This document shows, piece after piece, positions 44,788 to 54,777 of a DNA stretch of 64,000 bases (the first letter of the stretch is position 1; each line of letters starts with the position of its first letter). The stretch is taken from contig DATFVZ010000095.1 in assembly GCA_035259785.1 (NCBI GenBank), positions 2,100-66,099 on the forward strand, in the 5' to 3' direction. This stretch comes from Gemmatimonadales bacterium (lineage in GTDB: Bacteria; Gemmatimonadota; Gemmatimonadetes; Gemmatimonadales; GWC2-71-9). The translations under genes and the position numbers were made by a program. Under the pieces are notes generated by a model. It saw only the letters and a list, made by a program, of their open reading frames with translations. It did not search any database and was not told the DNA's origin.

Positions 44788-46287
44788 TTACCCCCTCGGA
44801 CCGCCCAGCTCCTGCTGCAGCCGACTGTGGTGCCGGCTGTATCCGAAGTAGATCACGAAGCCAATCGCCAGCCAAATGACCAGACGGAGCCACGTATCGA
44901 CCGGGAGTGTCGCCATGAGACCGAGGCAGCAGAAGACACCAGCGATGGGGACGACCGGCACCCACGGCGTCCGGAACGGCCGTTCGAGCTCAGGGCGCTT
45001 CTTCCGCAGCACCAACACGCCCGCGCACACGAGGACGAATGCGAGCAGCGTCCCGATGTTGACCAGCTGACCGAGCAATTGGAGCGGGAGCAAGCCGGTC
45101 GCGAATGACACAGCCACACCCGTGAATATCGTCGATAGATACGGCGTGCGATAACGTGGATGGACCGCGCTCGCCCACTTACCGAGCAGCCCATCACGCG
45201 ACATCGAGTAGAAAACGCGCGACTGGCCGAGCAACATCACCAGGATCACCGAGCCCAGCCCCAGCACAGCGCCGATGTCGATCAGAATGCGCACCCAGTG
45301 CGGCGCGCCGATTTTCTCCATGGCGTAGGCCACTGGAGCGGGCAGGTTGAGCTCCGTGTAGGGCACCATACCCACCAACACCGCGGAGACGATCACGTAG
45401 AGCAGCGTACAAATGAAGAGCGAACCCAGGATGCCGATCGGCATGTCCTTCTGTGGATTCCGCGACTCCTGCGCAGCGGTGGAAACGGCGTCAAATCCGA
45501 TGTACGCAAAGAAGACCAGCCCCGCCCCGCGGAGCACGCCGGAGATACCGTACGTGCCCCACTCGCCCGTGTTCGGTGGAACGAACGGCTTGTAGTTCTC
45601 GGGGTGGATGTTTCCCAACCCTACTGCGACGATCAACAAAATGATGAGGACTTTGAGGATGACGATGAAGTTATTGACGGTCGCCGATTCCTTGATGCCA
45701 ATCACGAGCACGGTGGACATCAGGATGACGATGAAGACGGCCGGGAGATTGAGCCATGCGCCCGTAAAGTTCAGGCCCGCATGGGCACATCCCATTGCTC
45801 CGGCCGCGACCTGGCCGTCTGTACACCATTGTGTCGGTGAAGCGGCCAGATGCGGGGGTACGGTGATGCCGAATAGGCCCATGAGCGAGACGAAGTGCCC
45901 GGACCAGCCGACTCCCACCGTCGCCGCGCCCGCGGCGTACTCGAGGACCAGATCCCAGCCGATGATCCATGCGATCAGCTCGCCCATCGTGGCGTAGGAG
46001 TAGGTATAGGCACTACCGGCGACGGGGACCGCCGCGGCCATCTCCGCGTAACAGAGTCCCGCGAAAGCACAGGCAACGCCCACCAGCGCCATCGAGATCG
46101 GCACCGCCGGTCCCGCGTGCAGCGCCGCCGCCTGGCCTGTGAGCACGAAGATGCCGGCACCGATGATCGCGCCGATGCCCAGAGTGATCAGGTTGAGCGG
46201 TCCGAGCGCGCGCTTGAGCTGATGCTCGCCGGCGCCCTCAGCTTCGGCGCGGAGGGTCGCGATGGGTTTCGTCGCCCACAAATTCAT
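44788..46287 (-). CDS. APC-superfamily amino acid permease (cationic amino acid transporter type)
   Basis: 499 aa with 12-14 hydrophobic segments. N-terminus ...LKRALGPLNLITLGIGAIIGAGIFVLTG. Confidence 0.92.
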   Translation of the reverse strand: MNLWATKPIATLRAEAEGAGEHQLKRALGPLNLITLGIGAIIGAGIFVLTGQAAALHAGPAVPISMALVGVACAFAGLCYAEMAAAVPVAGSAYTYSYATMGELIAWIIGWDLVLEYAAGAATVGVGWSGHFVSLMGLFGITVPPHLAASPTQWCTDGQVAAGAMGCAHAGLNFTGAWLNLPAVFIVILMSTVLVIGIKESATVNNFIVILKVLIILLIVAVGLGNIHPENYKPFVPPNTGEWGTYGISGVLRGAGLVFFAYIGFDAVSTAAQESRNPQKDMPIGILGSLFICTLLYVIVSAVLVGMVPYTELNLPAPVAYAMEKIGAPHWVRILIDIGAVLGLGSVILVMLLGQSRVFYSMSRDGLLGKWASAVHPRYRTPYLSTIFTGVAVSFATGLLPLQLLGQLVNIGTLLAFVLVCAGVLVLRKKRPELERPFRTPWVPVVPIAGVFCCLGLMATLPVDTWLRLVIWLAIGFVIYFGYSRHHSRLQQELGGPRG

Positions 46288-46387
46288 GCGGGACTCCGAT
46301 CAGGTTGGTGACGAATCGACGGCGCAGACGGCCCCAAGGTTCGCCGGGGGCGGCGATCTGTCAATAGAGGGGACGTGGTTCGGCGTG

Positions 46388-47845
46388 TTAGAGACTGTAG
46401 TTCGGCGCTTCTCGCGTAATGACAACGTCATGGGGATGCGATTCCCGCAGGCCGGCTGCGGTGATGCGGATGAATTCGGTCTCCGTCCGCAGTCCCGCGA
46501 TGTCGCAAACCCCGCAGTACCCCATTCCGCTCCGCAGCCCGCCAACCATCTGGAAAACCACGTCGGCAACGGGCCCCCGGTACGGCACGCGCCCTTCGAT
46601 ACCCTCGGGCACGAGCTTTTGCAGCGAGACTTCACCCTCCTGGAAATACCGGTCGGCGGAGCCTTCCTCCATAGCCGACAGGCTGCCCATGCCGCGGATC
46701 ACTTTGAACCGGCGTCCCTCGAGCAGGAACGACTCCCCGGGGCTTTCCTCGGTGCCGGCGAGCATCGAGCCCATCATCACACTTTCGGCCCCGGCCGCCA
46801 GCGCCTTCACGGCATCGCCCGAGTATTTGATGCCGCCGTCCGCGATGACCGGGATGTCGCCGGCGCCGCGCACTGCCTCGACGATGGCGGTGATCTGCGG
46901 AACCCCGATACCGGTGACGACGCGCGTGGTACAAATCGATCCCGGTCCCACGCCGACTTTCACCGCATCGACACCCCGCTCGACCAGCGCGCGCGCGCCT
47001 CCCTCGGTCGCGACATTCCCCGCGATGATCTGTGCGTCGGGAAACGCTTCCCGCAGGCACGCGACGGTGTCGAGTACACCCTGGCTGTGCCCGTGCGCCG
47101 AGTCGACGACCACGACATCGCAGCCGGCATCGAGCAGCGCCTGGGCGCGCGCCCGCGCGTCGGGGGTCCCACCCACCGCCGCCGCGACGCGCAGCCGGCC
47201 GTGCTGATCCTTGTTGGCATCGGGAAACTGGCGGCGCTTGAAGATGTCCTTGATGGTAATGAGACCCTTGAGCAGTCCCTGCTTGTCGACGACGGGCAAT
47301 TTCTCGATGCGGTGCTTTGCGAGGAGGCGCTCGGCTTCGTCGAGCGTCGTGCCGACGGGGGCGGTGACCAGCCGCTCTTTGGTCATCACATCGCGGATCG
47401 GCCGCTCCAGCTCCCGCTCGAACTGCAGATCGCGGTTGGTGATGATACCCACCAGCTTGCCAGCTCCGTCGACGATCGGGACGCCGGAGATCTTGAAGCG
47501 CACCATGAGCAGGTGCGCTTCGCGCAACGGGCGGTCGGGACCAAGCGTGATCGGATTCATGATCATGCCGGACTCGCTGCGTTTCACCCGATCCACTTCG
47601 GCCGCCTGGCGATCGATCGACATGTTCTTGTGGATCACGCCGATCCCGCCCTGACGCGCCATGGCAACGGCCATTTCCGCTTCCGTCACGGTATCCATGG
47701 CGGCGGAGACGACCGGAATGTTGAGCGGAATTCCCCGCGTAAAGCGACTGGCGACCGAAACGTTGCGAGGATGGACCGTCGAGTGACGCGGCACGAGGAG
47801 GACGTCGTCGAACGTGAGGGCGACGTCGGGCCTAAAGGTTCCCAT
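46388..47845 (-). CDS. guaB: IMP dehydrogenase
   Basis: 485 aa: [10 protein letters not shown], a tandem CBS pair, and the catalytic loop [11 protein letters not shown]. Confidence 0.97.
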   Translation of the reverse strand: MGTFRPDVALTFDDVLLVPRHSTVHPRNVSVASRFTRGIPLNIPVVSAAMDTVTEAEMAVAMARQGGIGVIHKNMSIDRQAAEVDRVKRSESGMIMNPITLGPDRPLREAHLLMVRFKISGVPIVDGAGKLVGIITNRDLQFERELERPIRDVMTKERLVTAPVGTTLDEAERLLAKHRIEKLPVVDKQGLLKGLITIKDIFKRRQFPDANKDQHGRLRVAAAVGGTPDARARAQALLDAGCDVVVVDSAHGHSQGVLDTVACLREAFPDAQIIAGNVATEGGARALVERGVDAVKVGVGPGSICTTRVVTGIGVPQITAIVEAVRGAGDIPVIADGGIKYSGDAVKALAAGAESVMMGSMLAGTEESPGESFLLEGRRFKVIRGMGSLSAMEEGSADRYFQEGEVSLQKLVPEGIEGRVPYRGPVADVVFQMVGGLRSGMGYCGVCDIAGLRTETEFIRITAAGLRESHPHDVVITREAPNYSL

Positions 47846-47853
47846 CTCGAAAG

Positions 47854-48210
47854 TTATTCGGCGGGCTTGGTTTCCTCAACCGGCTTTGCCTCAGCCGGCT
47901 TCGTCTCATTGGAGACCGGCTTCTTCTTCGCCTCCTCGACCGCCGCCCTTCCTGCCGCCGCCAACCCGCCGAGGAACCGCCCCGCTTTGCCGACAGCGTC
48001 CATCGTCCCCCGAATGATGTTCACCGGCACGCGACCGGCACGCATCGTGTCCTCGAGGGTTTCGGCGACTTTCTGGAACGCGGGGGCGCCGGCGGCGCGC
48101 TGCGAGTACTTCGACTCGAGGAACTCGATGTAATCGAGCACCTGGTAGGCCTGCTCGTCCGGCATCACCTCGAGCTTGCGCCGGATGCGCTCGGCCAGCA
48201 CGTCGTTCAC
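47854..48210 (-). CDS. Hypothetical small protein with a Lys/Glu/Pro-rich tail
   Basis: 118 aa. It begins 4 nt into the upstream gene's end and ends 8 nt before the guaB start. C-terminus [24 protein letters not shown]. No family recognised with confidence. Confidence 0.5.
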   Translation of the reverse strand: MNDVLAERIRRKLEVMPDEQAYQVLDYIEFLESKYSQRAAGAPAFQKVAETLEDTMRAGRVPVNIIRGTMDAVGKAGRFLGGLAAAGRAAVEEAKKKPVSNETKPAEAKPVEETKPAE

Positions 48211-49271
48211 GGGGTCGGTCCTCCCTCCAGCGATATCAGATCCACCACAGGATTGCCCAGATAGCGGCTGCGTCCGTTGCGCACGCGCGCGGTGATGTGC
48301 AGCTCGGCGAGCGGCGGCAGCGCGCGAAAGGCCGCCAGCCTGGTCTCCGGCACAACGACGTACACAAAGCCGCGCTCGGGGAGTGGCCCACGCGCGAGCA
48401 CGTAGCTCGCGCCATTCGGAATGTCGGGACGCAGCTCGTCGGCTTTTTGGATCGCGATGAACTCGAGGCGCCAGCGCAGTACCTGCCCCACGTAGCGTTG
48501 CGGCTCGGCGCGCAACTCCGCGGCGGTGACGCCCAACATGACACCTGCCGGCGCCACCTGGAGATCACCGCCCTTGACCCATCCCTCGTACTGCACGCGC
48601 GTCCATTCGCCGTTGCGGCTCAACACGCGCACCGGCGTATCGGTGGAAATCGTGCCGGCCTCGGGACCGTCGGGCGCCCGGTACAACGTCGTCATGCGCA
48701 TGGGCTGGGCGCGACTGCTGTCGACTGGCGTGTCCGCGCCGGGGCGTGGCCCCGGCGTGGGCACGCCCTGGACGCTGTCAGTGCGCTGGCCGGTGTCCGC
48801 CGTGCGCGTTGCGACGACGTCGGGAATGGGCACCAGCGCGCTGCGTTGTACCCAGCCGTCGCGGGTGACGTGGATCCAACGACTGCTACTCCCCGCGGTA
48901 TCCGTCCCAACCCGCTTCAAGCCAAACCCCTGCGCCAGCTCGGCAACGAGCGGACCGGCGGGCGCGGCACGCAGGTTTTCGTTGGGCGCCTGTGTCACGA
49001 GCAGGTCGAAGTCGGGACGGTCGCTGGGACCGACGGACGTCGCGAAGATCCAGCCGTCCAGGATGATCTGCATCCAGTCGTTGCGCGTCGCCAGGGCGGT
49101 GACCACCGAGCCGGCCGCCAGGCGCGCGATCCGGCGCCCGGCGACCTCCTGGTAGAACCAGGCGTTATCGGCGTTGACACGATATCGCATGGCTCCCTGT
49201 GCGGGCGCCGTGTGTGGTGTCGCGAGGCTCAGCGCCGCTAGAAGCGCAGGAATGAACCGGCTAACTTGCAT
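48207..49271 (-). CDS. Secreted protein with three SH3b-like repeats
   Basis: ATG at 49271 gives the signal peptide MQVSRFIPALLAALSLATPHTAPAQG. Repeated segments (NDWMQIILDGWI, RWIHVTRDGWVQ, GEWTRVQYEGWVK) resemble bacterial SH3 motifs. The track ORF to 49676 is an over-extension antisense to gpmI. Confidence 0.6.
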   Translation of the reverse strand: MQVSRFIPALLAALSLATPHTAPAQGAMRYRVNADNAWFYQEVAGRRIARLAAGSVVTALATRNDWMQIILDGWIFATSVGPSDRPDFDLLVTQAPNENLRAAPAGPLVAELAQGFGLKRVGTDTAGSSSRWIHVTRDGWVQRSALVPIPDVVATRTADTGQRTDSVQGVPTPGPRPGADTPVDSSRAQPMRMTTLYRAPDGPEAGTISTDTPVRVLSRNGEWTRVQYEGWVKGGDLQVAPAGVMLGVTAAELRAEPQRYVGQVLRWRLEFIAIQKADELRPDIPNGASYVLARGPLPERGFVYVVVPETRLAAFRALPPLAELHITARVRNGRSRYLGNPVVDLISLEGGPTP

Positions 49272-49281
49272 CCCCTTCAAT

Positions 49282-50817
49282 ATGACAATGAGCGGCAGCG
49301 GGCGCACCCCAGTGGTCCTGATCGTGCTCGACGGCTGGGGCTTCCGCCCTGGGCGCGAGGGCAACGCGATCGAGCTCGGCAATACGCCGACGTGGCACCG
49401 GTTGTGGGAGCGCGCGCCGCGCACCCTGCTCGAAGCATCGGGACTCGCCGTTGGACTCCCCGAAGGCCAAATCGGCAACAGCGAAGTTGGCCACCTGAAC
49501 CTCGGGGCCGGTCGCGTCGTGCCGCAGGACCTCGTTCGGATCTCACAGTCCATCGAGGCCGGCGAGTTTTTTCGGATTCCTGCTCTGCGACAACTGATCG
49601 ACGATACACGCCGGCACCATGGCACGCTCCACATCATCGGATTGATCGGCACTGGTGGGGTGCACGCGCTCGACAAGCATCTACTCGCCGCCGTTGAGCT
49701 CGGTCGTCGCGGTGAGGTCCCCGTCGCGATTCACGGTTGGCTCGATGGACGAGACACGCCGCCGCAGTCCGGGCTGGGGTTCATGGAGACGGTGCTTGAG
49801 GAGATCGGGTCTGGCCCCGTCGTCTCCACGGTCACCGGCCGCTACTACGCCATGGACCGCGACAAGCGGTGGGATCGCACCAAGCTCGCATACGACGCGA
49901 TGGTGAAGGGCATCGGCCAACTGGCGCCTGACCCGATCACTGCGATCAAGCAAGCCTATGCGTCGGGTGTGACTGATGAGTTCGTCAAGCCGTTCGTGAT
50001 CGAAGGTGCACCGCTCATCAAGGACGGAGACGGCGTCTTCTGTTTCAATTATCGCGCTGATCGCATGCGGCAAATCGTCCGCGCTCTCGCCGATCCAGGT
50101 TTCGACGCCTTCGATGTGCGCGGCCGACCAGCCGTCAAACTCGTCACGATGACGCGCTACGACGAGACACTGCCCTTCCCCGCCGCGTTCGAGCCGATGG
50201 CGTTGTCGCGCATCGTCGCGGAGGTCCTCGCGGAGCGTGGCAAGACGATGTTTCGAACCGCCGAGACCGAGAAATACGCGCACGTCACGTACTTCTTTAA
50301 TGGAGGGTATGAGCCGCCGTATAAGGGTGAGGAGCGGTTGCTCGTGCCGTCGCAGAAGGTCGCCACCTACGATCTCATGCCGGAGATGAGCGCCCCCGGC
50401 GTCACCGACGTCCTCTGCCGCGCCATTGCCGCCAGAGAACACGATTTCATTCTCTGTAACTACGCGAATGGGGACATGGTGGGGCACTCCGGGGTATTGG
50501 CAGCGGCGGTCAAAGCCGTCGAAACCGTCGATCAGTGCTTGGTGCGGGTGCTGAAGACGGCAGAAGACGCCCGCGCCAGGCTTCTGATCACGGCCGATCA
50601 CGGCAACTGTGAGGTGATGATCGATCCGGCGACAGGTGGTCCCCATACCGCCCACACGACGAACCCCGTGCCGCTGGTCATCGTGGGTGACGGAGCGAGC
50701 CCCCGCCACCTGCGGCACGGCGGCTCGCTTCGTGACGTCGGACCGACGATTTTGAATCTCTTAGGCGTCGACGTGCCACGCGAAATGACGGGACGAGATC
50801 TGAGGGAGACTGACTGA
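49282..50817 (+). CDS. gpmI: 2,3-bisphosphoglycerate-independent phosphoglycerate mutase
   Basis: VVLIVLDGWG, NSEVGHLNLGAGR, ADHGN. ATG at 49282 or 49288. Confidence 0.95.
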   Translation: MTMSGSGRTPVVLIVLDGWGFRPGREGNAIELGNTPTWHRLWERAPRTLLEASGLAVGLPEGQIGNSEVGHLNLGAGRVVPQDLVRISQSIEAGEFFRIPALRQLIDDTRRHHGTLHIIGLIGTGGVHALDKHLLAAVELGRRGEVPVAIHGWLDGRDTPPQSGLGFMETVLEEIGSGPVVSTVTGRYYAMDRDKRWDRTKLAYDAMVKGIGQLAPDPITAIKQAYASGVTDEFVKPFVIEGAPLIKDGDGVFCFNYRADRMRQIVRALADPGFDAFDVRGRPAVKLVTMTRYDETLPFPAAFEPMALSRIVAEVLAERGKTMFRTAETEKYAHVTYFFNGGYEPPYKGEERLLVPSQKVATYDLMPEMSAPGVTDVLCRAIAAREHDFILCNYANGDMVGHSGVLAAAVKAVETVDQCLVRVLKTAEDARARLLITADHGNCEVMIDPATGGPHTAHTTNPVPLVIVGDGASPRHLRHGGSLRDVGPTILNLLGVDVPREMTGRDLRETD

Positions 50818-51545
50818 TGATGAGACGGTTGGAAGGTTGGACAGTTGGACTGTGTTTCGGCATCGGAGTGTTTCTTTCCAACATTCCAACCGTCCACCTG
50901 TCCGCCCAAGTCGGCCATGACCCCGCGAGTTCTCCCTACCGCGACGTCCGGCTGCGCGCCGGTCCGTCCTTCTTTGTGGGCGAGTTCAACGGCAGTCGAG
51001 GCGCTGCGGACGCCGCATTCAGTAACGCCCGCACCGCTTCGGTGCGCTACGAGATTCCGACGGGGAAAACGCTGCTGCTTCAGTTCAATGGGGCCTATCT
51101 CCAGGGGGACCGCTTCATTATTGACCCGGGAGCCGACTCGTCGTCGCCCAATCGCAAGACGGGCCCCTATCCGGCGGCGGTCGTCCTCACCGATCTGATG
51201 TTGCACCTGCGGCTCACAGGTCCGAAATCTTGGCGCGGGTTCGCCCCGTACGCCGGCGCCGGGATCGGGCTCGGGTTCGAGTCGGAGTCACCGCCTGACA
51301 CTACCAACAGCGGCTACCAATTCGGCACCAAGTTTACCGTGACCACAGCTGCCGGCATGCGCTGGCATCTGTTCCGTCACCTGTGGTTCAATGGCGACGC
51401 GCGTTTCGTCTTCTGGAAGGAGGGGTATCCGCAGTCGTTCCAGTCGACTGCCCCCGATGGTTCCCGCGTGCTGAACCTCCTTCATGATCGCACCGAGTGG
51501 ATCATTCATCCCTGGTTCAGCGTCGGTGCGGGATGGAGTTTTTAG
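50817..51545 (+). CDS. Small outer-membrane beta-barrel protein candidate
   Basis: 242 aa with a signal-like N-terminus ending ...HLSAQ, alternating beta-strand pattern and a C-terminal aromatic (GAGWSF). Confidence 0.5.
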   Translation: MMRRLEGWTVGLCFGIGVFLSNIPTVHLSAQVGHDPASSPYRDVRLRAGPSFFVGEFNGSRGAADAAFSNARTASVRYEIPTGKTLLLQFNGAYLQGDRFIIDPGADSSSPNRKTGPYPAAVVLTDLMLHLRLTGPKSWRGFAPYAGAGIGLGFESESPPDTTNSGYQFGTKFTVTTAAGMRWHLFRHLWFNGDARFVFWKEGYPQSFQSTAPDGSRVLNLLHDRTEWIIHPWFSVGAGWSF

Positions 51546-52231
51546 CCGAAGGGTTTCGGCGGGCCTGGGATCTGCTCGCCGGCGGTGACGCCGAAGTCTA
51601 CGGAATCACGCTTCTCACGCTGAAGGTTGCAGTCGTCGCCACCGTCATTTCCTGCGCTCTGGGTCTCCCGCTCGGATATTTTCTCGCGACACGCCGCTTC
51701 TGGGGACGGCGCGCCGCGCTCACCGTCGTCAATACCGCGCTGGCCTTTCCCACGGTCGTGGTCGGCCTCCTGCTCTATGGCATGCTCTCGCGCCGCGGCC
51801 CGCTCGGCGACATCGGTTGGCTATACACGTGGCAGGCGATTGTCGTCGGCGACGTGGTGCTGGCGTTACCCATCGCCGCAGCGCTGTCGGCGGCTGCAAT
51901 CCAGGGAGTCGATCCGCGCATTCGCCGCACTGCGGAAACGCTGGGTGCGGGACCGTGGCGGACCGCGTGGACGGTGACGCGCGAGGCGCGCTTCGCGCTG
52001 GCCGCCGTGATCACAGCAGCGTTCGGTCAAGTGGTCGCGGAGATCGGCACCGCAATGATCGTTGGGGGCAACATCCGCGGCTCGACGCGCACCCTGACTA
52101 CCGCGGTCGCTCTGTACACATCACAGGGCGATTTCGGCATGGCGCTCGCGTTGGGTCTCATACTTCTGGCGCTCGCGCTGCTCGTGAACATCGCGCTGCA
52201 AGTGCTGCAGGGCCGGGGGGGAGAGCAGTGA
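51533..52231 (+). CDS. ABC importer permease (molybdate/tungstate/sulfate-type, TupB/ModB-like)
   Basis: ATG at 51533 (MEFLAEGFRRAWDLL). Five or six TM segments. EAA-loop-like RRTAETLGAGPWRTAW. Confidence 0.82.
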   Translation: MEFLAEGFRRAWDLLAGGDAEVYGITLLTLKVAVVATVISCALGLPLGYFLATRRFWGRRAALTVVNTALAFPTVVVGLLLYGMLSRRGPLGDIGWLYTWQAIVVGDVVLALPIAAALSAAAIQGVDPRIRRTAETLGAGPWRTAWTVTREARFALAAVITAAFGQVVAEIGTAMIVGGNIRGSTRTLTTAVALYTSQGDFGMALALGLILLALALLVNIALQVLQGRGGEQ

Positions 52232-53229
52232 TTGAGCTGCGGTACGTGCGGCACCGCTATGACGGACGCGTGGTGCTCGATTTCGAACAGTTCGCGCTCT
52301 CCAAGACCGGTGTCGTGGGTCTGGTCGGCCACAACGGCGCCGGCAAGAGCACGCTGCTCCGGTTGCTGGCCCTGCTCGAGGCGCCGACGGAGGGCTATGT
52401 CCTCTGGGAAGGCAACGCCGTAACAGGGCGCCAGCGTCCCGCCCTGCGCCGCCGGGTCACCCTGGTTGAGCAGCGCCCCGTGCTGTTTCGCGGCACGGTG
52501 CGAGAAAACCTCGAATATGGATTGCGCGTGCGAGATATCCGGCACGCGGCGGCGAGCGGCATGATCGGCGATGTCGTCGAGCGGCTGGGACTCTCGGCGC
52601 TTATGAATCGCCGTCGCCACGAGCTGTCCGACGGTGAGGTACAACGCGTCGCCGTCGCTCGCGCGCTGGTGCTGCGAACCGACGTGCTGCTGTTGGACGA
52701 GCCCGCAAGCTCCGCTGACCGCGCCGCGGCCGGCGCCCTGTATCGAGCGCTCGCCGCCGAGCGAGCCGAACGTCCGTTCGCGGCCTGTGTCGCGTCCCAT
52801 CAGCTAGAGGACGCCTATCGCTGGGCCAATGACATTCGCGTGCTCGCGGAAGGGCGGCTGTCCTCCGTCTCGCCTGAGAACTTGTTTCGCGTCGAATTGC
52901 CGGCTGGTGAAGGGGTGAAACAGGTACGCGTCGGCAATGTCGACTTTGCAGTCATGACGGATCGAAGCGGTCCAGTCGTGCTCGCGATTCCTCCCACCGA
53001 CATCTTCGTCAGCCGTGAGCCGCTCGCGTCATCGGCGCGCAACGTTCTCCGGGGACGTGTCGTTGGCATGTCGATAGAGCTTCGGGGAGCCGGCGTACAG
53101 GTACGGGCAGATGTCGGAGGCGTCGAGCTCATCGCGACGATCACCGCTGAGGCGGCGCGCGATCTCGCACTCGGTCCCAGCAGCCCAGTGGTCTTCTCTT
53201 TCAAGGCTACCGCGGTCCGCGTATTCTAG
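52228..53229 (+). CDS. ABC importer ATPase with a C-terminal TOBE/Mop-like domain
   Basis: GTG at 52228 overlaps the permease stop (GTGA). Walker A GHNGAGKST, signature LSDGEVQR, Walker B LLLDEPAS. C-terminal NVLRGRVVGMSIELRGAGVQVRADVGGVELIATIT. Confidence 0.88.
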   Translation: MIELRYVRHRYDGRVVLDFEQFALSKTGVVGLVGHNGAGKSTLLRLLALLEAPTEGYVLWEGNAVTGRQRPALRRRVTLVEQRPVLFRGTVRENLEYGLRVRDIRHAAASGMIGDVVERLGLSALMNRRRHELSDGEVQRVAVARALVLRTDVLLLDEPASSADRAAAGALYRALAAERAERPFAACVASHQLEDAYRWANDIRVLAEGRLSSVSPENLFRVELPAGEGVKQVRVGNVDFAVMTDRSGPVVLAIPPTDIFVSREPLASSARNVLRGRVVGMSIELRGAGVQVRADVGGVELIATITAEAARDLALGPSSPVVFSFKATAVRVF

Positions 53230-53232
53230 AGG

Positions 53233-53631
53233 ATGCCGATCGCCTATCTCACGAGGGTCGTGGAGTTTACGGCGACACACCGCTTCCCCGACCTGCCCGA
53301 CTTTGCCGGCGCGACTCGTGACCACAGTCATCTTTATAGGTGTGAGGTCACGGTAAAGGGCCGCTTCGACCCGACGCGCAGCGGAGTGATGGGCCTCAAA
53401 GCGCTCGACGCGTTGCTTAAGCGCGAAGTGGTCGCTCGATTTGACGGCCGGCATATCAACGACGACATCGCCACGTTTGGCGCGGGCGCGTGGCTCGCGA
53501 CCGGCGAAGGACTCGCGGTGTGCGTGTGGGAACGGCTCGTCGAGGCAGGTTTGCCGACCGGCGTGGCGCTTCATCGTGTGCGCGTGCAGGAGGGAGCGAA
53601 CCTCTATTCCGAATACTACGGCGAACCGTAG
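53233..53631 (+). CDS. queD: 6-carboxytetrahydropterin / 6-pyruvoyl-tetrahydropterin synthase family
   Basis: 132 aa: VEFTATHRF...HSHLYRCEVTVKG...LDALLK. Confidence 0.8.
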   Translation: MPIAYLTRVVEFTATHRFPDLPDFAGATRDHSHLYRCEVTVKGRFDPTRSGVMGLKALDALLKREVVARFDGRHINDDIATFGAGAWLATGEGLAVCVWERLVEAGLPTGVALHRVRVQEGANLYSEYYGEP

Positions 53632-53638
53632 GGGTCGC

Positions 53639-54364
53639 ATGCAGGCCGACTCGGCCGTGGTGGAAGAATGGCCGGTCTGGCTCGAGGTCAATGGCGAACC
53701 AGCGGTGACGTGGATGTGTACGCCCGACCAGCTGGAGGAGCTCGCCGTCGGCTGGCTCCACGGCGAAGGATACATCGCGTCGCTCGACGATCTCGTGCAG
53801 CTACGGCCGTGCGCGCCGGACCTCGGCTTCTGGGCCGACGTGAAGCCCGAGCGAGTCGCGCAGATAAAAGGTGAGAACCGCACGCGTGTGCTCGCATCGG
53901 GCTGCGGCGCCGTTGCGACCATGCTGGCGGACCCCAACGCGATGGCCCACACTCCTCCTCCAGCACGCGGGGACGCCCCCCAGCCCGAAACGCTTCGCAC
54001 CCTGTTCAAGCAGCTATTCGCGAGCGGGGTGCGTTACAACGAGACCGGCGGCATTCATGCCGCTGCCCTCACGGACGGGACGGCGCTGCTGTTCCACGCC
54101 GAGGACATTGGGCGTCACAATGCGGTCGACAAGGTGATCGGTGCCGCGGTGCTTGCGCGCAGCTCGATCACCGGACGTGGCTTGCTGGTGACCGGTCGTA
54201 TTTCAGCCGAGCTGGCGTTCAAGGCGGCTCGTGCGGGCCTCGCTTGGGTCGCCACGCCCAGCGTCCCGTCGACGTTGGCGGTCACGATCGCGCGCCGTTC
54301 GGGCATGCTCCTCGTGGGGCGCGCCGTCAGCGGCACGCCTCACGTCCACCGGCCCGATGGCTGA
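53639..54364 (+). CDS. fdhD: Formate dehydrogenase accessory sulfurtransferase FdhD
   Basis: ATG at 53639: LAVGWLHGEGYI, SGCG, GGIHAAAL, EDIGRHNAVDK. Confidence 0.9.
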   Translation: MQADSAVVEEWPVWLEVNGEPAVTWMCTPDQLEELAVGWLHGEGYIASLDDLVQLRPCAPDLGFWADVKPERVAQIKGENRTRVLASGCGAVATMLADPNAMAHTPPPARGDAPQPETLRTLFKQLFASGVRYNETGGIHAAALTDGTALLFHAEDIGRHNAVDKVIGAAVLARSSITGRGLLVTGRISAELAFKAARAGLAWVATPSVPSTLAVTIARRSGMLLVGRAVSGTPHVHRPDG

Positions 54365-54777
54365 TGGTGTCCGAAGACGAGCTGCGCGCGCTGCTGCAGC
54401 AGGCGCGCACGATCGCGGTCGTGGGGTTGTCCCCAAACCCGAGCCGACCGAGTCACTCCGTCGCCCGCTATCTCCAGCGGGCCGGGTACAGGATCGTACC
54501 GATCAATCCGGGACACGACACTGTCCTTGACGAAAAGAGCTATCCCAACCTGGCTGCGGCGGCGCGCGATCACACGATCGATATCGTCGATGTTTTTCGG
54601 CGCAGCGAGCATGCGGGCGGCGTGGTGGATGACGCAATCGCGATCCGCCCGCAATTGATCTGGCTGCAGCAAGGTGTGGTGGACGCCGCGGCAGCGGCAC
54701 GCGCCGCGGCTGCAGGAATTCCGTTCGTCATGGATCAGTGCCTGGCCGTCGAACACAGTCACCTCGAGGCTCGATGA
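54364..54777 (+). CDS. CoA-binding domain protein (YccU-like)
   Basis: ATG at 54364 overlaps the fdhD stop: IAVVGLSPNPSRPSHSVARYLQRAGYRIVPINP. Confidence 0.85.
   Translation: MVSEDELRALLQQARTIAVVGLSPNPSRPSHSVARYLQRAGYRIVPINPGHDTVLDEKSYPNLAAAARDHTIDIVDVFRRSEHAGGVVDDAIAIRPQLIWLQQGVVDAAAAARAAAAGIPFVMDQCLAVEHSHLEAR

Noticed and set aside
46262-48133. A 623-aa plus-strand ORF, one of the longest in the window. Similar long ORFs occur at 289-1047, 950-1897, 3935-4987, 4789-5991, 6631-7884, 19747-20589, 23644-24648, 29286-30008, 49681-50718 and 56866-57885.
   Set aside because: All lie antisense or out of frame to genes with unmistakable conserved motifs (here guaB). They have Arg/Pro/Ala/Gly-biased, low-complexity translations and no recognisable domains. 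These are typical shadow ORFs of GC-rich DNA.
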